From Candidatus Saccharimonadota bacterium (GTDB lineage Bacteria > Patescibacteriota > Saccharimonadia > Saccharimonadales > EFPC-124): 24,000 nucleotides of DNA. Of the stretch, positions 6,885 through 12,965 are shown in pieces. Made by a program: the position numbers and the translations under genes. The stretch lies in assembly GCA_016880595.1 (NCBI GenBank), contig JAEHDC010000017.1, positions 2,463 to 26,462 on the forward strand, read 5' to 3'. Below the pieces are notes generated by a model. That model had not been told where the DNA came from and did no database searches. It saw only the letters and a list, made by a program, of their open reading frames with translations. Each line of letters begins with the position of its first letter. The first letter of the stretch is position 1.

Positions 6885-7192
6885 GCTATCAACCTAAAGG
6901 TTTTTAGCCGGGCTATTATTACTCAAAGTTCTTTAAGCTTGGAGATAGTTTGGCGGCATACAACCAAGAATCTTAGCAGAAATGATTAAGTTAAATAATG
7001 TGCGGCGATAGCATAAGACCGTTTGTCTGGTATTTATTGTTTAGATAAACTTCCCAAATACATATTTCTTTTGGCCTTCAATAAGTTAATATTGTGCCTC
7101 TATTTAGTAATCGCATCACCAAAGTATAGCACATATAAGCTTTTTGGCGAGTGGCCATAATCCCATTAGTAATTTCAAGAAAGGAAAATTCT

Positions 7193-8011
7193 ATGAGTAG
7201 CAGCCTGAGATTTTCTGGCAAGACACTGCGCGCTGGCGTAATCGGGCTTGGACGTCAATCGGTAAACGACCACATACCTGCTTTGCTGCGGCGAAAAGAC
7301 GTTGAGCTGGTGTGCGTGTCTGACGTTAATGTAAGCGCCCACGAAAATTTTTATAATGCATTTCCTGATCTAAAGGGCAAGACAAAAGCATTCCAAAACT
7401 TTCAGGAAACCATTAAAGAAGGTGTTGATTTTGTAGTGGTTGCAATTCCTCACGATCAATATTTTGAGGTAAGCAAAGCGCTTTGCCAGAATAAGATTCC
7501 TTTTATGAAGGAAAAGCCATTTGCTCGTACTTTAGATGAAGCGATAGCTATGGCAAGTATTAATGACATTGAAAAATACTGCTTTATTTGCACTCAGCGA
7601 CGCTTCCACCCACTATATGAAAAAGCACATGAGGCATTGGATAGTCTCGGTAAATTAGCCTCATTTAATGCAATATATACACTTAATCTCCCGCAACCCG
7701 CTTCTGGCTGGCGTAAATTTACTGATGTTTGCGGCGGAGGAGTGATCATTGATATGGGCTATCATATTATTGATCAATTGATCTGGTGGTTTGGTTATCC
7801 TGATGATATTCACGCTAAAATTTCTAATTTATCTACTGAAGAAGATCTATACGATACGGAAGATTCCGCAACAATAGTCTTCTCCTACTACGACGCAGGC
7901 TTGCAGGGTTCGATTGTTCTTTCTAGGTGCACTGGGGTTAAAGCGGAGGGCTACCAAGTGTCTGGCGCAAAGCGTTTTATGGAAGGTGGAAAAAACCCAA
8001 CTTTTTATTAA
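7193..8011 (+). CDS. Gfo/Idh/MocA oxidoreductase, N-terminal segment
   Basis: Track ORF 7151..8011 trimmed to ATG 7193. Carries the GxGxxG-like GLGRQS and the EKP motif. Confidence 0.8.
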   Translation: MSSSLRFSGKTLRAGVIGLGRQSVNDHIPALLRRKDVELVCVSDVNVSAHENFYNAFPDLKGKTKAFQNFQETIKEGVDFVVVAIPHDQYFEVSKALCQNKIPFMKEKPFARTLDEAIAMASINDIEKYCFICTQRRFHPLYEKAHEALDSLGKLASFNAIYTLNLPQPASGWRKFTDVCGGGVIIDMGYHIIDQLIWWFGYPDDIHAKISNLSTEEDLYDTEDSATIVFSYYDAGLQGSIVLSRCTGVKAEGYQVSGAKRFMEGGKNPTFY

Positions 8012-8291
8012 GGATCGCCTTTCTGGAGATCCTGTTTGTACCGAAGAAAGAAGATATGCTGAAGAAATGATGGATAATCAGCTTGATTTCTTCATTAGCA
8101 CATTTACAAGTGGACACAATTTCGAGAGAAATCACCTCGACAACCTTCTCAATATGAAATTCATTGAACGCTGTTATAGAAATAAGCTGTCTAAAGACCA
8201 AACCTTGTTTATTAACGCTTACAAGCATCGAAATTCAATAGTTGAATCTACAAGAAAGAGTGCATTAGGAGGGCTAAATGAAGTACGATAA
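7914..8291 (+). CDS. Gfo/Idh/MocA oxidoreductase, C-terminal segment (real coding probably begins ~7990 after the frame change)
   Basis: Track ORF of 125 aa. The first ~25 residues overlap segment 1 in another frame and are probably not translated. The end overlaps the next gene start (8278) by 14 nt. Confidence 0.6.
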   Translation: MFFLGALGLKRRATKCLAQSVLWKVEKTQLFIKDRLSGDPVCTEERRYAEEMMDNQLDFFISTFTSGHNFERNHLDNLLNMKFIERCYRNKLSKDQTLFINAYKHRNSIVESTRKSALGGLNEVR

Positions 8292-9453
8292 GGAACGCCA
8301 ACTTAATGAATTGGGCAACGAATTACGCAAAGAGTATAAAGAGGTTATTGTTGATTTCATTATCCAGGATGGTACGAGCCATAAGGCTCTTGTGCAAAAA
8401 CGATCTATGACACGCAATCTTTTTCCTGGTGCCTGGGAATTTCCTGGTGGTCATTTGGAGCCTGACGAAAGCTTAACAGGATGTTTGAAACGCCTTGTCT
8501 ATGAAGAAGGACATATGTGCCTGAATGAAGTTGTTAGTATGGTACATCTATTCACCTGGGATTCCGACAAGGATGTTGTCAATGCGCAATTCCTTGTTAA
8601 CGCGAGCGGTAATTTTTCTTTTAATAAAAATAAAATATCTGAATATCGTTTTATCGACTCAGAATGCTTAGACCTGCTTCTTGAGGGCACACAAGAATCG
8701 CCAATTTACAGAGGTGCCTTTTACTCATTCGAGTATCTCAAAATGTTAAAAGAAAAAAGAATCGACTTGTTCGAAACACTTCTTTTCTTCGATCAGATGG
8801 TAGCCGGATTCTTTGATTTTCTACGCTGCGAAGAGCGGGCGCCAAAAGTAGTAATTGGTAAAGAGAATGAGAAGAAATTTAACCTAGATAAGGAGAGCGG
8901 CCTGCTATCCATATCGCCAAGTTTCTTGCGTCATTATGATAAATTCGGGTGCGCCTCGATAATTCTGCACTTGATCTTTCATAACTACCGCCAAAACATT
9001 CTTTCCTATGATGATGTCAAAGCAATTCGTGGCATCATGGGCAAAAATCTAATGTTCTTTGTAGATATTGTTGCGGATAGCTATACCTACCTCTATTTTG
9101 AGCGTTATTATGGTTTTACCGAAGCAAAGTATTTAGAACTTTGCGGCCGACTCATCCAAGAATATCAAGCAGAAAAGCTAGAAGATTCAAAGTTTACAAG
9201 GCTCCTGGGGTCGCTGCTTACGATTGCAGAGAGAAGCGGTCAAGGTTTTAATGTAGTTTTGCCAGTACTAAATAATAGTGATTACAAACTATATATGATA
9301 AGGTTTGATCGTTCACTCATATATTCGAATGTGTTGATCGAAGAAAAATTATTCGGTAAATGCGTAGGCATCATGACAAATAAAAAGATAAGTGAAAAAG
9401 ACTTTGTGTCGACATTTGAAAAATTAATAACCTTAGCAAAGACAGGAAAATAG
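8278..9453 (+). CDS. two-domain protein: N-terminal Nudix-fold domain with a degenerate Nudix box + ~230 aa C-terminal domain of unknown function
   Basis: 391 aa. SD AGGAGGG lies 4 nt before ATG 8278. The box GGHLEPDESLTGCLKRLVYEEGH (8446..8514) keeps G, E and the EE pair but has RL instead of RE and GH instead of xG. The C-terminal region (about residue 160 onward) has no motif I recognise except HLIFH (H-x3-H, no Glu). Confidence 0.75.
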   Translation: MKYDKERQLNELGNELRKEYKEVIVDFIIQDGTSHKALVQKRSMTRNLFPGAWEFPGGHLEPDESLTGCLKRLVYEEGHMCLNEVVSMVHLFTWDSDKDVVNAQFLVNASGNFSFNKNKISEYRFIDSECLDLLLEGTQESPIYRGAFYSFEYLKMLKEKRIDLFETLLFFDQMVAGFFDFLRCEERAPKVVIGKENEKKFNLDKESGLLSISPSFLRHYDKFGCASIILHLIFHNYRQNILSYDDVKAIRGIMGKNLMFFVDIVADSYTYLYFERYYGFTEAKYLELCGRLIQEYQAEKLEDSKFTRLLGSLLTIAERSGQGFNVVLPVLNNSDYKLYMIRFDRSLIYSNVLIEEKLFGKCVGIMTNKKISEKDFVSTFEKLITLAKTGK

Positions 9454-9454
9454 C

Positions 9455-11080
9455 ATGGCTTTAAGACATTTTTGCACCACAACATATATTTTTAATGAAG
9501 AGGGCGACAAGTGCCTTCTTATCCATCACAAAAAATTACCATTTCTTCTACCTCCAGGAGGCCATATTGATGAAGATGAAGAATACTTAGAATCTTCGCA
9601 GCGTGAAGTTGCTGAAGAACTTGGCTTCGCAAAAGAAGATTTGTTTTACCCAGAATATCTTCAGCTTAAGGACAACGAGCGCTTACAACCCTGGGCAATC
9701 CAAGAATATACAATAGTTCCTGACGAGCATTTTCATTATGACCTAGTATTCGGAGCTATCGTTAAAGAAAGTACGCCAATTAAGCCGAATGAAGGCGAAA
9801 GCCAGAATGTTCGATGGATAAAGATTGAAGATATAGATTTGTTTGAAACCACTGATGAGTGCAGAGATAATATTATAAAAATGTCAAAAAAGATTCGCGA
9901 TGCTCGCGAAGTTGAACGCGTTCAGCAAGATCTTTATATCTGGCCCCGCTACGATATAAGCCTAAAGAAAGATTTGTGTCGCTTTGTTGAAGGCCGCGAT
10001 TTTGGCACATGGAATCTTGGCGATTTATACGAGGGAGTTCCGTGCAGTTTTGCACAAAAGATGGGCGTTGACTATGGAATCTTTACGTCAACGGGTACGG
10101 CAGGTTTGCACGCCATTCTAATGGCGCTTGGTCTTAAACCAGGTGATGAAGTCATTGTGCCGAGTATGACATTTGTTCGAGCGGTGACGCCGCTTAATCA
10201 CCTAAGCCTCCAGCCAGTTATTGCAGATATTGACCCGAGCACAGGTAATATAGATCCTATTTCAATTGAAGCCAACATTACGCTTAAAACTAAAGCCGTT
10301 ATCGTAGTGCATATGTGGGGCGTACCGGCTGACTGCGAACGCATTTCTGAAATCTGCAAGAAGCATGATATTCGTATGATCGAAGACTTCTCTCATGCTC
10401 ACTTTTCAATGTATAAAAATCAATTTGTCGGCAGCTTTGGAGATGCGGCTTTTGCGTCATTACAGCGAAAGAAAAACGTTTCTGTTGGCGAAGGCGGCAT
10501 TATTGTCACAAAAGACAAGAAGACTTACGGGCGCCTACAGCATATTACTTCGCCTGGCTCTTTTATGGATCAGAGCAATTACTCCGATATTGATTTCTCG
10601 GGTTACGGACTTAACATGCGCATTAATCCATTTGGGGCGCTCACAGTTAAAAATTTGCTGCCCAAAATAGACGCTATTCTTGAAGACAAGCGCGTAGCCA
10701 TAGAAAAGCTAACCACGATTCTCGCCAAACACAGTGACAAGTTTGAGTTAGTTGAAATTCCTGATTACGCCGACAAATCGGCTTTGTCTTGGTATTCATA
10801 TAAATTAAAACTAAAGAATACAACCCTTGCGGAGCTAAAGACGAAAAAACTTTGGAAATTTTCAGACTTTGGCTATCCGCCTATTGCAAGTCACTGTTAC
10901 TGGGAAAAAGATACTAATTACTTCCCGTTTTGTTTAGGTATCAAGCCTGAGGTGCGAACGAAATTACCCGGTCAAGAGGCATACCTTAAAAACCGCGTCA
11001 CGCTTAATATTCCTACAGTTCCAGCATCTTATTGGACCGACAAAGTGGTTGCGAAATGGGAGGACGCGCTGGCAAACTAA
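9455..11080 (+). CDS. Nudix domain fused to a DegT/DnrJ/EryC1/StrS-family PLP-dependent (sugar) aminotransferase
   Basis: 541 aa. N-terminal canonical Nudix box GGHIDEDEEYLESSQREVAEELGF (9557..9628). From about residue 200: GIFTSTGTAGLHAILMALGLKPGDEVIVPSMTFVRAVTP...PVIADIDPSTGNIDP...KTKAVIVVHMWGVPADCERISEICKKHDIRMIEDFSHAH...VGSFGDAAFASLQRKKNVSVGEGGIIVT. This is collinear with DegT-family signatures, including the PLP-lysine context. Confidence 0.88.
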   Translation: MALRHFCTTTYIFNEEGDKCLLIHHKKLPFLLPPGGHIDEDEEYLESSQREVAEELGFAKEDLFYPEYLQLKDNERLQPWAIQEYTIVPDEHFHYDLVFGAIVKESTPIKPNEGESQNVRWIKIEDIDLFETTDECRDNIIKMSKKIRDAREVERVQQDLYIWPRYDISLKKDLCRFVEGRDFGTWNLGDLYEGVPCSFAQKMGVDYGIFTSTGTAGLHAILMALGLKPGDEVIVPSMTFVRAVTPLNHLSLQPVIADIDPSTGNIDPISIEANITLKTKAVIVVHMWGVPADCERISEICKKHDIRMIEDFSHAHFSMYKNQFVGSFGDAAFASLQRKKNVSVGEGGIIVTKDKKTYGRLQHITSPGSFMDQSNYSDIDFSGYGLNMRINPFGALTVKNLLPKIDAILEDKRVAIEKLTTILAKHSDKFELVEIPDYADKSALSWYSYKLKLKNTTLAELKTKKLWKFSDFGYPPIASHCYWEKDTNYFPFCLGIKPEVRTKLPGQEAYLKNRVTLNIPTVPASYWTDKVVAKWEDALAN

Positions 11081-11117
11081 TACGCAGACTTGTTCACTGA
11101 TATAATGAAAGGGTAAT

Positions 11118-12872
11118 ATGAGCAAAAAATATATTTATGTGTTTGGCGGCCTGCAATATTTTAAAGCTATGCAACAAGAAGCTAATAAGGATAAGTTTGT
11201 CCTTGTGCATATTGCAGATGAGTTAGAAGATGCCTCCAGCTATGCAAAATCTCCGGAAATCATTGCCGCACTTTTTGAAGATGCTTACGATAATAAAAAA
11301 GAGGTATCTGCCTTTATAAACCTTGGTCGCGGCACGGTAATTGGCGGCCTAGAGAATATCGCAAAAGCTTGGGACATCATTAAGGAAAGGCATCCTGAGT
11401 TAAAAAGTATTCTCTTTGTCGGGCCATCGCATAAAGCAGCAAAAACTTTCTTTGATAAAAAACTAATATGGCGCATTCTTGAAAAAGAGGGTATCGCCAC
11501 CCCAAAGACACTGGAGATTGATACAACGCTAAATATGGAAGAGATTATGAAGCGTAGCTCAGGCTTCCCGTTTCCAGCAGTCCTAAAGGCAACAAAGCTT
11601 TCTGGTGGACGCGGTATGAAGCTTGTTAATTCTTCAGAGGAACTCGGCGATACTTTTAATGAATTTAAAAAAGCCAATCTGGGTGAGCTAATTTTAACTG
11701 AGTATGTTGATGGAATTGAGGTCTCATTTGCAGTGCTTCGTCTAGGAAACACGTTTATGCGCATGCCTGCCTGCTACAAAGAAAAAACTTCATTCGATTT
11801 AAAGCATCCAGACTCAAAGGTCAAGTTAGCGGGTGGATTCAAAGAATTTGAGGATGCCTATGGTGCAGTCGAAAAACTTATGACGACGCTTAACATAACG
11901 GGATGGCTTTACCTAGAAGGGATCCTTCACAAAGACGACAACGGTAAATCTACAATTCAATTTATTGAGGGTGCAACTCGCCTAAGCGGTAATTCACCTA
12001 TAGAAATCGGCTCTCTGGAGGGATTTAACTTCTATAATACGCTAATGAGCTGGATTGAAAATGCTTGCATTGGCTTTGCTCATAGAAATCGTTTATGTAT
12101 ACAGTATGCCTCTTTTAAGCATCACGGCGAAGCGGATGTAAAAAAGCTATTAGCTCTTAATTGGGTATTGGAAGCTCGCTATGAAGATCTTGCAAAAGTA
12201 CCATTTTCCACTGATGACAGAACGCGAATTCGCATTAGCTTTATCGGTGAAACATTTGATTTGGCAAAAGAACGCTCAAATGAGATTGCTAAAATCGTAG
12301 ATAACCCTGAGTTTACTCTTGACATCCACAAGGCGTTAGATGATTATGCTAACTCAGATTATATTTATAAGCCACGCAGGCTATCTTCTGGCGCCTGGAG
12401 CGAGAACATAACTTGGGAATTCTACATCTCGAGTCATTTACCAGATCCAAAATTATGCACTGCTGCATTTTGCCTTGCGCTTCAGGGCGATAACAGAGTT
12501 GTCTTAACAAAAACAAAGCGCGGTTGGGAAATGCCTGGCGGCCACATGGAGTCTGGCGAAACGTTAGAGCAAACACTTTTTCGTGAAACACACGAAGAGG
12601 GTGGTTATACGCCGCAGCAATACAGGCTATTTGGCTACAGAAAAGTAATTTCAAAAAAACCCATTCCTGCCCGTGACGGTAAAGAGTATCCATTTCCAAC
12701 AAGCTACATTCCGCATTTTATTGCAAAGAGTAACTTCCCTCTTGCTGGCGTACATGGTGATGAAGACGAAGTGCTAGATAGGCGTGCGTTTGAATTATCT
12801 GAGCTATGCGGTCTTGATGTTAGAGAAGCTGCAATCATAGAATCAGGCTTGCTACACAAAGAGAAATTGTAA
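11118..12872 (+). CDS. ATP-grasp ligase domain fused to a C-terminal Nudix domain
   Basis: 584 aa. SD AAAGGG upstream. ATP-grasp features: KKLIWRILEKEGIATPKT, FPFPAVLKATKLSGGRGMKLVNSSEEL (Lys + Gly-rich loop), LILTEYVDGIEVSF, YLEGIL...IQFIEGATRLSGN (metal-binding E/N region). C-terminal canonical Nudix box GGHMESGETLEQTLFRETHEEGGY (12537..12608). Confidence 0.85.
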   Translation: MSKKYIYVFGGLQYFKAMQQEANKDKFVLVHIADELEDASSYAKSPEIIAALFEDAYDNKKEVSAFINLGRGTVIGGLENIAKAWDIIKERHPELKSILFVGPSHKAAKTFFDKKLIWRILEKEGIATPKTLEIDTTLNMEEIMKRSSGFPFPAVLKATKLSGGRGMKLVNSSEELGDTFNEFKKANLGELILTEYVDGIEVSFAVLRLGNTFMRMPACYKEKTSFDLKHPDSKVKLAGGFKEFEDAYGAVEKLMTTLNITGWLYLEGILHKDDNGKSTIQFIEGATRLSGNSPIEIGSLEGFNFYNTLMSWIENACIGFAHRNRLCIQYASFKHHGEADVKKLLALNWVLEARYEDLAKVPFSTDDRTRIRISFIGETFDLAKERSNEIAKIVDNPEFTLDIHKALDDYANSDYIYKPRRLSSGAWSENITWEFYISSHLPDPKLCTAAFCLALQGDNRVVLTKTKRGWEMPGGHMESGETLEQTLFRETHEEGGYTPQQYRLFGYRKVISKKPIPARDGKEYPFPTSYIPHFIAKSNFPLAGVHGDEDEVLDRRAFELSELCGLDVREAAIIESGLLHKEKL

Positions 12873-12965
12873 TTTTTGTTCGCATAAATAAGCGATCAAG
12901 AGGCGCGTATCAATCTCGAACAGCATAGTAGTAGTGGCCATATAACTTCCATTTTAGCGGCGACC

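Larger units (their letters stand above)
7193..8291 (+). pseudogene. Gfo/Idh/MocA-family NAD(P)-dependent oxidoreductase, interrupted by one frameshift near an A6 run (7990..7995)
   Basis: The N-terminal Rossmann part (frame 1, to stop at 8011) has LRAGVIGLGRQSVNDHIPALL and the family EKP motif (FMKEKPFA). The C-terminal part continues in another frame (track ORF 7914..8291): ...TQLFIKDRLSGDPVCTEERRYAEEMMDNQLDFFISTFTSGHNF...LNMKFIERCYRN, typical of the family's C-terminal alpha/beta domain. Combined length of ~366 aa fits the family. The likely true start is ATG 7193 (AAAGGAAA upstream) rather than the track's GTG 7151. Confidence 0.75.
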
